The notes beneath the pieces were generated by a model, which was not told the DNA's origin, searched no databases, and saw only the letters and a list, made by a program, of their open reading frames with translations. A stretch of DNA of 64,000 nt from an uncultured virus (IMG/VR IMGVR_UViG_3300034073_004395) (lineage: Duplodnaviria > Heunggongvirae > Uroviricota > Caudoviricetes): IMG/VR virus record IMGVR_UViG_3300034073_004395; one strand, written 5' to 3'. Every line of letters begins with the position of its first letter. Positions within the stretch are counted from its first letter, which is position 1. Made by a program: the position numbers and the translations under genes. Positions 20,176-29,990 of the stretch are shown here, one piece after another.

Positions 20176-21084
20176 TCAGGCAGAAGCCTGAACGTAGATA
20201 ACACTCTTGGGATAGTACAGAGCCACGCCACCCACGCGAGCATGAGCGGGAACAATGAACTCAAGACCGCGCTGCTGGGGCGGGAAGAGTTCCAGGGGCT
20301 GAGGAATGTGCAGTTGCACCTTCTCGGGATCGCGCTTGTACACAACCATGCGGTTGGTATTGAGCACGCTGTTACCAGCATCCAGTTGGTTGATCGGCTC
20401 AACGTTGCGGATGTAGGGGTTGGTGCGCAGGAAGTATTCCAGCACAGTCACGTCCGAAGAATCGGAGTTGCGAGTGGTGCTCACCTTGTTGTAATCCTCA
20501 TAAGCCATGAGGATAGTGTCGGGCTGCTCCTTCATCTTGGAGGCATTAATAATGGCGCTCACGCCATAGTTCAGCAGCTCCAGCATTTCCTGAGCAGTGG
20601 TGCCGCTATCGGTGAACCACTTGTCAGCAGCAACAACATCCACGGTGGAGTTGTTGAAGAAACCAGACAGACCAACAGTGCTCTCGCCGAACAGAGCCAC
20701 TTCTTCCACTTTCTCCTCATAGGCGCGACGCACAGCAGCAGCACGACGCTGCTCCAGAGCAATGTTGGCCATTTGAGCAGCACGCAGTTCCTGCACGGTG
20801 TAACCGAAGGAACCACCGAAGGAGCGGATGTTGATGCTCTTCTCAACTTGGCTGATATCGGCACGGGGCAGATCATCAGCAGCATCAGCGATCAGCTTGA
20901 ACTCACCAGTGGAGTCCATGATGCGATAGGTGAAGGTCTGAGCGCCAGGGCCAGCTTCACTAGTGACAGGCAGAATGGTCGGATATTTAATATCCGCATA
21001 CTGCACTTCAAACACTTGGGGGCGGATGTACTCAAGCTGACGCTCAAGGAACAGACCCGCGTCATCCATACGGAATTCAGACAT
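20176..21084 (-). CDS. Major capsid protein (DUF2184, HK97 fold)
   Basis: FLERQLEYI..FGYTVQELRAA..NRMVVY..GGVALYYP. Confidence 0.9.
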   Translation of the reverse strand: MSEFRMDDAGLFLERQLEYIRPQVFEVQYADIKYPTILPVTSEAGPGAQTFTYRIMDSTGEFKLIADAADDLPRADISQVEKSINIRSFGGSFGYTVQELRAAQMANIALEQRRAAAVRRAYEEKVEEVALFGESTVGLSGFFNNSTVDVVAADKWFTDSGTTAQEMLELLNYGVSAIINASKMKEQPDTILMAYEDYNKVSTTRNSDSSDVTVLEYFLRTNPYIRNVEPINQLDAGNSVLNTNRMVVYKRDPEKVQLHIPQPLELFPPQQRGLEFIVPAHARVGGVALYYPKSVIYVQASA

Positions 21085-21099
21085 TGTTAGGGCCTCCTA

Positions 21100-21660
21100 T
21101 CAAGAATCAGCGGAAAGAGTAAAGCTGGGGCCATTCAGCTCCAGAATTGCAATGCCGCTGGAAGTGGTGGTGCTCAGGAAACGTGCGCCAGCGAGGCGAA
21201 CAGTTTTGCCAGAAGCAAAAGCATGCGAGAATTGACCAGCCTTGCCAGTGCCGCTAGCGGAATACAGCACACGCACGGGCGAAGTGGGCGAAACAGCGCC
21301 GGTCACATAGACGGCCACTGCACCCTCGTTAGCCACGTTCAGCACTTGCTGATTCTTCACACCAGGACGGCTGTCGCCATCCAGAGCGGTTTCGTCAACG
21401 TAGGTGAGGACGTTCACGCCTTGAACAGTGTCAGAAGCGCCGGAGATGGTAGCAGCAGAGTTTGCGACAGTGCCGGCAGTGTTATACACAACCACATTAC
21501 CGAAAGGCAGCACAGCGCCAGTTTCGTTGACGTAGGTGCCGATGGTGTTGTCGCGAATATCGGACAGTTGACCTTCCAGCAGTGCAGTGTGCTCCAGAGC
21601 GTAGCTCTGTTGCACGCCACCAGCGGAGGCAGTGCCCGAAGCAGAGAAAGTTACGGCCAT
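21100..21660 (-). CDS. Capsid cement / decoration protein
   Basis: Between DUF2213 and capsid; LPFG..EGAVAV. Confidence 0.75.
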   Translation of the reverse strand: MAVTFSASGTASAGGVQQSYALEHTALLEGQLSDIRDNTIGTYVNETGAVLPFGNVVVYNTAGTVANSAATISGASDTVQGVNVLTYVDETALDGDSRPGVKNQQVLNVANEGAVAVYVTGAVSPTSPVRVLYSASGTGKAGQFSHAFASGKTVRLAGARFLSTTTSSGIAILELNGPSFTLSADS

Positions 21661-21662
21661 GA

Positions 21663-22856
21663 TTACTTAGCCTCCTTGGAGATGGAAAGGGGCTTCTTCC
21701 AAGCATTCTGCAGCATGTCCATGTAGGCAGATGGTGCAGAAACAGGAGAAGCAATGGAAGCTACGGCTTTACGCAGCTCGTCAGTGGTGGCAGAGTCAGA
21801 ACGGCCCTCAGAGAGAGTGTCGAACATTGCCTGCACGTAGTCATCGCTCTTCTCAGAAAGATCAAGCTCATCACCACGCACTGCTTTGATGGAATCAACC
21901 ATCACTTCGCGAGCAGTTTTGCCAGCGAATGCATAGGCACTATCAAGAACAGGCTTAGCCTTCTCGATAAGAGCCACGCGCTCTTCAACCATGGAATCAA
22001 GGTTGATTTCTTGAGCAGTAGCCAGTTCGGCTTTCAGTTCTTCGATCTGCTCAGCCAGAGCATCAGCACGACCCTCAGCGGAATCGCACTTGCCCTTCAT
22101 TTCTTTTTCCATTGCATCCATTTCTTCTTTCATGGAAGCAGCGGAGGCTTGCAGTTCGTCGTACTTTTTCTTCATGTCCTCGTAGGACATACGGCCATCT
22201 TCCCGTTCTTTGGTGATAGCAAGAGCAACGCCCTCACTCACCTCGAACTCGGCGCCGTCGAATACGACTTTGGCAGTCATAAGACGTTCCTCAGTTTTTT
22301 TAAATAAAGATGGATCGGCAGCATCTTGCCTATCAAGATGGAGCTTCACTTGCGGGCCGGCGCGGCCCCGGCGAACAACAGCGATGTGATTGCCGATGAT
22401 TTCCTTTTGGACTCCATCGTAATGCTCACCGTTTTCTGTAACGCCAGGCGTAGGATCATAATTCACCCTATAGCCCGCGCTTACCTCACGAGCATCGCCT
22501 TTCATGATGCGCTTGATGGTGTCTTCGTCAGTGATTGTCATCACTGCCTTTACGAAACCATTGTCGTACACCACTTCTGTGCCACTAAAGCCCACTTGGT
22601 AGTCTTTAGTGTTCTCTGAGTCGAGAAGCACAGGCGGATGCTCTGAAGTGATGGCCTTGCCCGCAAACGAAGCAAGACTATCGGGAGACGCCACTTCTGT
22701 TTCAGGACGATATTCGCGACGAATGGAGCCATCACTATCTGTGTAGTGTTGGATGCCAGTGCGTGCGATAGAAGCCCATGCCCGAAGATAACCTTCCGGC
22801 GTGAGTTCGTATTTCTCAATAGGAGAGAAATCGTATCGGCAGGAAATGGTGCTCAT
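21663..22856 (-). CDS. DUF2213 head maturation protease / scaffold
   Basis: TPEGYL..IARTGIQ.Y..EVSAGY..NHIAVVRRGRAG; coiled-coil C-term. Confidence 0.9.
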   Translation of the reverse strand: MSTISCRYDFSPIEKYELTPEGYLRAWASIARTGIQHYTDSDGSIRREYRPETEVASPDSLASFAGKAITSEHPPVLLDSENTKDYQVGFSGTEVVYDNGFVKAVMTITDEDTIKRIMKGDAREVSAGYRVNYDPTPGVTENGEHYDGVQKEIIGNHIAVVRRGRAGPQVKLHLDRQDAADPSLFKKTEERLMTAKVVFDGAEFEVSEGVALAITKEREDGRMSYEDMKKKYDELQASAASMKEEMDAMEKEMKGKCDSAEGRADALAEQIEELKAELATAQEINLDSMVEERVALIEKAKPVLDSAYAFAGKTAREVMVDSIKAVRGDELDLSEKSDDYVQAMFDTLSEGRSDSATTDELRKAVASIASPVSAPSAYMDMLQNAWKKPLSISKEAK

Positions 22857-22921
22857 ATTCATACTTTATCAAGAAGCAAATGTTATACTTTATGAGCTTA
22901 TGCAAAACGGAATAAATTCTT

Positions 22922-23200
22922 GTGATGTTCTTGGCACGTAGCACGACAGACGCTCTTAAACTTCCCCATCAAGAAGCTCGTATTCTTATTGCAAGTCGCA
23001 TTAAAGAAGCCCGGCTCAATGCCGGGCTCACTCAACATGACGTGGCGAAAGAGCTCCACATTAGTCAAAGCTCTTATTGCCGCATCGAAAAAGGCACTGC
23101 CCCGCCAGATTGCGTGCAAATTCGCACTCTTAGTGGTCTCTATGGAATTAGCGTGCTGTGGTTAATGGGCTACCCATCATTCATCGCAAAAATTAATTGA
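22922..23200 (+). CDS. XRE-family HTH regulator
   Basis: IKEARLNAGLTQHDVAKELHISQSSYCRIEKG. Confidence 0.85.
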   Translation: MMFLARSTTDALKLPHQEARILIASRIKEARLNAGLTQHDVAKELHISQSSYCRIEKGTAPPDCVQIRTLSGLYGISVLWLMGYPSFIAKIN

Positions 23201-23237
23201 TTTATCAATAAATGGCGTTTATTGAGAAGCGCAATAA

Positions 23238-23549
23238 TCAATCCTCGTCGTCGTCTTCGCCACGAATACTGGCAAGCTGATTTTCAACATCTTCCATAAT
23301 ATAAGACTTTGCCATTGCCTCAATTTCAAACGTGAGGAACTTTGTCGGCTCAAAATGCTCGTCTGGCTTTTCGTAAACGCTCATCACATAGATGTGCGTT
23401 TCATCTAGTCGGCCATTTTTAAAGCATTGTTTTTCGACAAGCTCCCATCGCGAAGTATTGCGATGCTCATTAGCCGACAAAATAGACAGAGCCTTTAAAA
23501 GACCAATGCCTTCGTCCTCTTCTTCGATGACACGCACGTATTCGCTCAT
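23238..23549 (-). CDS. Hypothetical protein
   Basis: ATGA overlap with upstream gene; acidic. Confidence 0.6.
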   Translation of the reverse strand: MSEYVRVIEEEDEGIGLLKALSILSANEHRNTSRWELVEKQCFKNGRLDETHIYVMSVYEKPDEHFEPTKFLTFEIEAMAKSYIMEDVENQLASIRGEDDDED

Positions 23550-24156
23550 TGGTCTTTTTTGCGACTCTCTACCATCTTAATGATGCGATTTACCCACGCC
23601 CTACCAGCGTCTCCTCCCCACAAAAGCCACGCAATGTAGCCAGCATCGTTTTCGCCTCCGCTTTTATTCTTTTCATGACGAGAAAAGAACGCTGACATAC
23701 GTTTAATAGTAGCGAAGCTTACAGCCCCGCCACCAGCTAAATCAGAAGCCCTGGCTACTCCACTGCCAATACCTTGTTTGTCCGCCTCCTGCGTCGTCAA
23801 TCCTCCTTTCCCATGCTTCTTGCGCAGCTCCAGGCCGCGACGAGCTGCAGATCGCACAGCAGCAGGAGGGGCAAAGCTTTCAGCGTCGCCCCTCAGCGCT
23901 TTTTTCCGCAGGAACCATCCTCCGTCTCTTCGCCTTCCTCTTCTTCCTCTTCTTCCTCTTCCCCGATGAGAGTCATGAAGTAATTATCCCAATAGGCATC
24001 GCTCTTGCCTTGACGGCTCATGCCAGCTTCTGACAGCGCAATTGCAATCGCTTGCTTGCGATTCTTCACGGGCTTCTTATCGCTCCCCTTCAAAGTGCCA
24101 GCTTTAAATTCACGCATCACTTTCGCAACTTTTGCTTGCTTTTCTTTCGTGGTCAT
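23546..24156 (-). CDS. DUF6496-like basic peptide (23893-24156) fused by probable -1 frameshift to a head-associated domain (to 23546)
   Basis: KVMREFKAGTL..RKQAIAIALSEAG; A-AAA-AAG at 23899-23905 with upstream GGAGG and downstream hairpin; second domain AARRGLELR..RMSAFFSRHE..LWGGDAG. Confidence 0.75.
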
Positions 24157-24174
24157 GATTAAATCTGGGCGTAG

Positions 24175-24891
24175 CTAATCAATAAATCCTATCGGAGCCG
24201 TAGCAATTTTTACGCCTGGAAGAATTCTGTCTCTACATAAAACCATTCCAGTAATTAAGCGTTCGGCGATAAAAGCAATTGCACGCTTGTCATATCCTTC
24301 AATGGAAAGAAAATGCTCTTTGTTTTCGCGCCAAATTGGAGCAAGTCCGGCGAATAGCATCGTCATAAAGTGCAAGTAAGACTGCCTGGGTCCGCGTGCC
24401 ATATTGCAGCCAATAAAGGAAGATTGAGCCCAAATCTTATCAATCTCCTCACGCGTAAAAATCCACTTTCCTTCATCTGCTAATTTGCGCGTAATTGCTG
24501 GCGCATCAAACGCGGAATGACCGCCATAAAACTGCTGTTCAAGCGTGCAAGAGAATTGAGCCGGCTCTGGTACATACAAAGTTTCTGGACAATACCATTG
24601 ATCTTCCGGCTCTAACCAATTACGTCGATACTGAGCATTGCCAATATTGTTTTCTTTTGCATTGTTAATCATCCAATGCACGCACGAAAGCTCTCCCCAC
24701 CGATCATTCAATGGAGAAAGCACGGCGTTTTCATCGTCAAAAACATAACCTTCAGCACGAAGACTTTCGCGCTCTTCATTGCTCAGTGCATGACTTCCTC
24801 CCATAATGGGAACAATGCGAGACCTAGCCGCGTAGCGCACCTTCTCGCTAGGAATGCACACGGCATAAATCGTGCTATCAACCATCGCCAT
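24175..24891 (-). CDS. DUF4422-like glycosyltransferase
   Basis: ELSC..W..IGNAQYRR..CNM..RAIAFIAERL. Confidence 0.7.
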   Translation of the reverse strand: MAMVDSTIYAVCIPSEKVRYAARSRIVPIMGGSHALSNEERESLRAEGYVFDDENAVLSPLNDRWGELSCVHWMINNAKENNIGNAQYRRNWLEPEDQWYCPETLYVPEPAQFSCTLEQQFYGGHSAFDAPAITRKLADEGKWIFTREEIDKIWAQSSFIGCNMARGPRQSYLHFMTMLFAGLAPIWRENKEHFLSIEGYDKRAIAFIAERLITGMVLCRDRILPGVKIATAPIGFID

Positions 24892-25594
24892 ACACCTTAC
24901 GCGTCTGCCACAGCTCATTGTAATTATTGACGCCCTTGGCGCCAAGCCCAGTTAAGTCGCCGCCGCCAGCAGGTTTGCTCCATGCCATGATCGTGCCATC
25001 GGGGAGCACAAAGGCTCTATTCTTCTGGCCGTGCATAGGCGTCAGCTCAAGGTAGTCGCCATAGACAAAATCAGCTTGACTGCCATTCGCCGCCAAAGCT
25101 TTGCCAAGCAGCGTGGGGCCAGTGGGGCACAATGGAGTGATGCCGTAATATTGCTCGATGCAATTTGCCACGATCATTTCAATGGCAGTTTGCAAAGCTG
25201 GATTATCTGGCTGGGAATAAAGCACTGTCGTGGCACACGCCCAGCTTGTATAACTAAAGCGCTGAATATCACGAAAAGCCAAGAATTTAATTCGTGGCCC
25301 AAGATCTACTGCATTGAAAGCCCTCACGCCAATATCAAAGTACCAGCCGCCAAGTTTGTTTAGCAAACAAAAGCGGCCAAGATCGGCCTTGTAAGAAAAA
25401 GGCTTAAGGGTGTCATATGCCCAAAGAACTTGCTCTTCGTAATTATCAGCAATGAAGGCCCGAAGTGAATCATTGTTATAAATGACATGTTTTGCTTCAG
25501 GGAAGCAAGCATCAATAGTGCCCGTAGCGTGCTCCAGGAACGGGCTAAGTTTTTCCGCTGGGTCAGTGGAAAGAAAAATTTGTGAAATTTGCAT
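24878..25594 (-). CDS. Glycosyltransferase, GT32/OCH1-like
   Basis: KADLGRFCLLNKLGGWYFD..TGPTLL. Confidence 0.8.
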   Translation of the reverse strand: MQISQIFLSTDPAEKLSPFLEHATGTIDACFPEAKHVIYNNDSLRAFIADNYEEQVLWAYDTLKPFSYKADLGRFCLLNKLGGWYFDIGVRAFNAVDLGPRIKFLAFRDIQRFSYTSWACATTVLYSQPDNPALQTAIEMIVANCIEQYYGITPLCPTGPTLLGKALAANGSQADFVYGDYLELTPMHGQKNRAFVLPDGTIMAWSKPAGGGDLTGLGAKGVNNYNELWQTRKVYGDG

Positions 25595-25596
25595 GA

Positions 25597-26820
25597 TCAA
25601 ACAATCTTTGCGGGAGTTCCAAAGCCTTTAAATTCAGGCGCGGCTGCCTTTGCATTAAGAGTGCGCTCTACCACGTCAAGAAGCTGCTGTTGAATATAAG
25701 GCCAAGTAAAAGGTTCTTCGTGCAGACGTTTGTAACACCATTGTCCATCTTTTTTCAGAGCATCGCGGTTTTCGTAGTAATACGACAAGATTTCTGCCGC
25801 ACTTTCAGGGTCAGGAAGCAGTCGCTCAAGACCATAATTCCGATCCGTTTCGGAAGCATTGCATTGAATGCGAGGCATCTCATCAAAGATCTCAGCCAGG
25901 CTCGTATGATCGGGCACAACTTGTGCCACACCAACAGAACCATGCTCGCTATTGACTAAGCCCCAGCCCTCTCCAATGCAAGTGTTAATTCCTACATCAG
26001 CGGCGTTGTACACTTTATTGAGCTGCTCAATGGTGAGGCAGTTATCCACAGAGAAATGAGGACTTGTCAAAATTAGTCTGCCCGTAGGGTCGAAGCCTTC
26101 ATCGCGGGCAATGCGTTTGAACAATGGAATGATCTCCCATCCCAAGTCTTTGCTGCCCATATTCAACCATAGGCGGGCATCATCTTTGTCTTTTGCAAAT
26201 TTAATAAAAGCCTTAAGCGTCAGATCAATGCGCTTACGCGGCTGATTTCTATTGCCATTAAAAACAATAAACACATCTTCTGGTACACCGAGCTCTTTTC
26301 TGCATTGCTGCTTATCAAGCGGAAAGAACTTTTCAAAGTCAGTACCATGGCCAATAATGTCAATCGGCTTGTCGTAGCCCATGCGCACCAATTCGTTATT
26401 CGCGAATAGCGTATACGTGGCAAGGCCGTCCCATTCTTCCATTTGAGCTTTCAGCTCCGGAAACAAACCGTAAGAATCAATGGGAGTATAGACAAACCAT
26501 TTGAAGCCCATCTTCTCCTTGAGTGACTTCGCTTGTTGCCATAAATTGATGGCAATCCAGATGTCGTTTGTCACCCACACCAGATCCGGCTTTTCAATCT
26601 GGATTATGCTGGCAATGCGATGCGATCCGAATGGATCTGATCCGTGCAGCATGGCTGGATAAACCTTGTATTTTCTCGCCTCGGGATGAGGATCGCCGTG
26701 GTAGTTCGTGCTCATCACCACCACCTCATGCTTTTCGGCCAGAGCGGGCAGCAAGTATTGAGCTACTCGCCCAAATCCTGTTTCTACAAAAGCATCGCCT
26801 GCGTAGAGAATTTTTGCCAT
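25597..26820 (-). CDS. Glycosyltransferase, GT4 (GT-B)
   Basis: TGFGRVA..GHGTD..NRNQPRKR..GEGWGL..E. Confidence 0.88.
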   Translation of the reverse strand: MAKILYAGDAFVETGFGRVAQYLLPALAEKHEVVVMSTNYHGDPHPEARKYKVYPAMLHGSDPFGSHRIASIIQIEKPDLVWVTNDIWIAINLWQQAKSLKEKMGFKWFVYTPIDSYGLFPELKAQMEEWDGLATYTLFANNELVRMGYDKPIDIIGHGTDFEKFFPLDKQQCRKELGVPEDVFIVFNGNRNQPRKRIDLTLKAFIKFAKDKDDARLWLNMGSKDLGWEIIPLFKRIARDEGFDPTGRLILTSPHFSVDNCLTIEQLNKVYNAADVGINTCIGEGWGLVNSEHGSVGVAQVVPDHTSLAEIFDEMPRIQCNASETDRNYGLERLLPDPESAAEILSYYYENRDALKKDGQWCYKRLHEEPFTWPYIQQQLLDVVERTLNAKAAAPEFKGFGTPAKIV

Positions 26821-26882
26821 GTTTCTCTTGAAATCTTCGTCATCATAAGCAGCTTCTATACTTACGGCACAAGGAGACAATC

Positions 26883-27572
26883 ATGCTGCCACCATCCTCT
26901 GTGCGCTTCTGTATTAGCACCTGCAATAAGTTTGCCGCTCATACACTGCCCAAGATCATCCCCTCTCTCACTCGCGCTGGAATTGGCACTAATGAAATCC
27001 TGATCATCAATGGAGGCCAAGAAAACTGGCAAATTGACCATTATGGCGACGTGCCAATGATTTGCACACCGCAAAACTCCTTTGAATATACGCCCCTCAT
27101 TGAAATTGTCGAACACAATCTCATGAGCCCTTTCTGGTTCCTCCTTCACGACACCTGCATTGCCGGGCCAGCATTCAAAAAGCTCGTCTACGATCCGCCA
27201 GAAGCTTTTGAAAAGGTGGCAATGAAGCACACGCCATCAATGAGCATCGGTCTTTACAGCATGGACTATCTCATGCGCCATAAAGACCGCCTCACGGCGA
27301 TTAAAAACATGGATGGCTCGCCACAAGCGTTGCAAGCATGGAAGCAATGGGGAGTACCTAACGAGGACTACATGCTCTGGAAGCTGCAAGACTCACCAAC
27401 TGGCCTTTACCACCCCGATAAGCATGGCGCTGATGAATGGAACTACCAAGGGCATGCTGATGTCTATGGAACTGGCATGCCTCGCCGCATAGAATATTTT
27501 CCACAGTTGGACCTGTTCAAAGCCAAATCAAACTGGCAAGGAGTGCAGCCAACACTTTGCATTGATATTTAA
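26883..27572 (+). CDS. Putative GT-A-like glycosyltransferase
   Basis: FCIST..ILII.GG..FLLHDTC; cluster context. Confidence 0.45.
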   Translation: MLPPSSVRFCISTCNKFAAHTLPKIIPSLTRAGIGTNEILIINGGQENWQIDHYGDVPMICTPQNSFEYTPLIEIVEHNLMSPFWFLLHDTCIAGPAFKKLVYDPPEAFEKVAMKHTPSMSIGLYSMDYLMRHKDRLTAIKNMDGSPQALQAWKQWGVPNEDYMLWKLQDSPTGLYHPDKHGADEWNYQGHADVYGTGMPRRIEYFPQLDLFKAKSNWQGVQPTLCIDI

Positions 27573-28549
27573 TGGCGCTCAAAATTGCAATTGTCGGCGG
27601 CGGCTGGACGGGATGCCATTTGGCTTCGCGTTTGATGGGCGAAGCTGATGTGACATTGTTTGAGCGCAATGAAATACTTATTTCTGAGGCGTCGTTGATC
27701 AATCAAAACCGATTGCACTATGGCTACCACTATGCCAGGAATCACGCCACGCGCATGTTGTGCAAAAATACGTTTGAGCGGTTCATGCTTGACTACGGTC
27801 ATCTAACAGAGAACATTCAAAATAATTTCTATGCAGTGTCAGAAGATGAAAGCCTGCTAGACGCAGAAACCATTCGACTTATTTTCAAGGATTGGCCACA
27901 TACGGAAGCGGACGCAGGCTTGCTAAATCACTCTTCACTGATTTTGCACACTATCGAAAAATATATATCACCAACTGCCACTGGTAAATACTTTGAAGAG
28001 TTATTGCTTCCCATTGTTAGAAGAGAAGAAATCAACGAAAGTTCTATTGCGCTGCTAAAGCAAGACTATGATTTTGTCTTTGATTGCACCAACAATTCTC
28101 TTTTGCCTGCTATCGACGGAGATTATTTCGAGGCAGTAGCAATGTTTGTCTATCGTCCAATTAAAACGCCACCATTTGGCGCCCTCACCTTTATTGACGG
28201 GGAATTGTTTTCCATTTATCCATATGGCTCTTCAATGTTTTCACTGAGCCATGTCAAGCTTGGCATTATTGAACAAAAACAAATGAATTGCTTCGGCAAT
28301 AACTATGGCTCAATGCATGATCGTCGATACTTAATGGAGGAGCATGTAATGCGCTACTGGCCCGAGTTTCACGATTATTTTAAATACGTATTTCCAGTGG
28401 TATCAATTAAAGCAAAAAGCAAAAATGCCAGCGCCCAGCGCACTCCTATCTTTAGGCAACAAGATAATCTGTTGTCTTTTTATACAGGCAAAATTCAAGG
28501 GATCTACGCTATCGAAGCAATGGCTAAAGAAGCCTTGTCTCAAGCATAA
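27572..28549 (+). CDS. FAD-dependent oxidoreductase
   Basis: IAIVGGGWTG..NQNRLHYGYHYAR..TGKI. Confidence 0.85.
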   Translation: MALKIAIVGGGWTGCHLASRLMGEADVTLFERNEILISEASLINQNRLHYGYHYARNHATRMLCKNTFERFMLDYGHLTENIQNNFYAVSEDESLLDAETIRLIFKDWPHTEADAGLLNHSSLILHTIEKYISPTATGKYFEELLLPIVRREEINESSIALLKQDYDFVFDCTNNSLLPAIDGDYFEAVAMFVYRPIKTPPFGALTFIDGELFSIYPYGSSMFSLSHVKLGIIEQKQMNCFGNNYGSMHDRRYLMEEHVMRYWPEFHDYFKYVFPVVSIKAKSKNASAQRTPIFRQQDNLLSFYTGKIQGIYAIEAMAKEALSQA

Positions 28550-29280
28550 ATGCTGCGGAATAGTGGATAGTCGCGCATGTGCTTTTTAGCTTGAAACAGC
28601 TCGCGAACAATTGCCCCTTCGTAATTAATGCCATCAAGCATCCGCTTTATTTGCTTGTGTTCGTATTTATTAAGCAGCGGACCATTGTCAGTATCGCTGA
28701 TATGCACATGGGCAATGTAAGGCCAGTAATGATTTAACAGCTTCTTGGGACTATCGCCTTGAAGCCAAGCATTATTGGTGTCAAGCATTGTCTTGACATT
28801 TTTAAGATTGCAAAAATCAATGTGATTAACAATCTCGTTGACTGTAAAGAAATAAGACCCTCCGTAGCATTTTGCTACAGGCTCGATGCAGAGGATGGAT
28901 CCGTTTGCTTCCAACACTGCATCCATGCGCTTTAAAACGTTCATCAAACAAGATGGACTTCCCTTGCGCAGATTAGGGCTCCCCAAAACAAAGCGCTTGA
29001 TTCCCATGAGAGAACCAAGGCTAATCACTTTTAGTAAATGCTCCGACACTGCTGTTGTGTCTTGAAAGCTTTGCACATTGCTTTGGAAAAACAATGCTTG
29101 AGCTGAATATGCCCATAAGCCATAGCTCTCGCGGTATTCTTTCGCAATATCGGCGCAGTCTTTATTTTGAGCGAAGATGCGTGCTGGTACGATTTCTAGC
29201 ACGTTAAATGCCCCCGCGTTAGCACTTAAGATTTGCTCTTCTTCTTCATCGGTCCAGCCGATGGCACTAATTCCAAGCAT
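28540..29280 (-). CDS. Sugar-phosphate isomerase/epimerase (xylose-isomerase-like TIM barrel)
   Basis: VLGSPNLR..CIEP..MLDT..HVHISD. Confidence 0.8.
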   Translation of the reverse strand: MLGISAIGWTDEEEEQILSANAGAFNVLEIVPARIFAQNKDCADIAKEYRESYGLWAYSAQALFFQSNVQSFQDTTAVSEHLLKVISLGSLMGIKRFVLGSPNLRKGSPSCLMNVLKRMDAVLEANGSILCIEPVAKCYGGSYFFTVNEIVNHIDFCNLKNVKTMLDTNNAWLQGDSPKKLLNHYWPYIAHVHISDTDNGPLLNKYEHKQIKRMLDGINYEGAIVRELFQAKKHMRDYPLFRSIYA

Positions 29281-29989
29281 TGATAAAAGCCTCCATCTTC
29301 TTCATTATCTTTGCTTTGTCATCTTTATATGGAGGAATATTGTATTCCACTCGCGGACCACTGCCTACTTTTGCGTCCGGAAAAAAGCGTTCAACAATTT
29401 CCGCTGTTTCAATGGGAGCTGTATACAGTTCATTCGTGGTGCCACTGATCGCCCTCTTTGTATCTGTCCACAAATCATCCAAACAGTACCATTGATAAGC
29501 CGAATTAATGTTAATGTTTTCCACGTTATTGTTTGTTAATAGGTCGAACAGAATATTCTTTTTAATGAGACGATGGAACAACGCGGGAAGACGAATGATT
29601 GTCACCACCGAATCGCGAAACGCGGCTTTCACAAGCATCTCGAAGATGTAACGATTAGTGCCATAATCAATAGCAAAAATTTCCGGAGTGCCATCTGCGT
29701 AGTACGCAGTTTGCCCATGCACGTCAATCGTTGAATAAACAATGACTTCCGCTGGCTTTGGAAGATGTCGGATGTTTTGAATGATGCAGCTCATATTGTC
29801 AAAGTCATCCAGCGGCGCTGCATTAGCCTTCCACTTCTCTGCTGGCATGCAAGCCAAGTACAGTCTTTCAATGGGCTCCTTGAACAATGGCGCCTCGTGA
29901 ATATTTTGGGAATTGAAGCAAGCGCCAAATTCATGCGCCTCACGAAGCACTTGCCCAATGAGGCCAGTGCTGCCAACTAAAACGTCCAT
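29267..29989 (-). CDS. NAD(P)-dependent epimerase/dehydratase-like protein
   Basis: LVGSTGLIG..PAEKWKAN..STIDV..YG.NR..RLPALF..KKN. Confidence 0.8.
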   Translation of the reverse strand: MDVLVGSTGLIGQVLREAHEFGACFNSQNIHEAPLFKEPIERLYLACMPAEKWKANAAPLDDFDNMSCIIQNIRHLPKPAEVIVYSTIDVHGQTAYYADGTPEIFAIDYGTNRYIFEMLVKAAFRDSVVTIIRLPALFHRLIKKNILFDLLTNNNVENININSAYQWYCLDDLWTDTKRAISGTTNELYTAPIETAEIVERFFPDAKVGSGPRVEYNIPPYKDDKAKIMKKMEAFINAWN

Positions 29990-29990
29990 C

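Noticed and set aside
20242..21726. Long antisense ORFs (282 aa, 167 aa) over capsid and cement genes
   Set aside because: Mirror frames of strongly biased, highly expressed genes; no motifs
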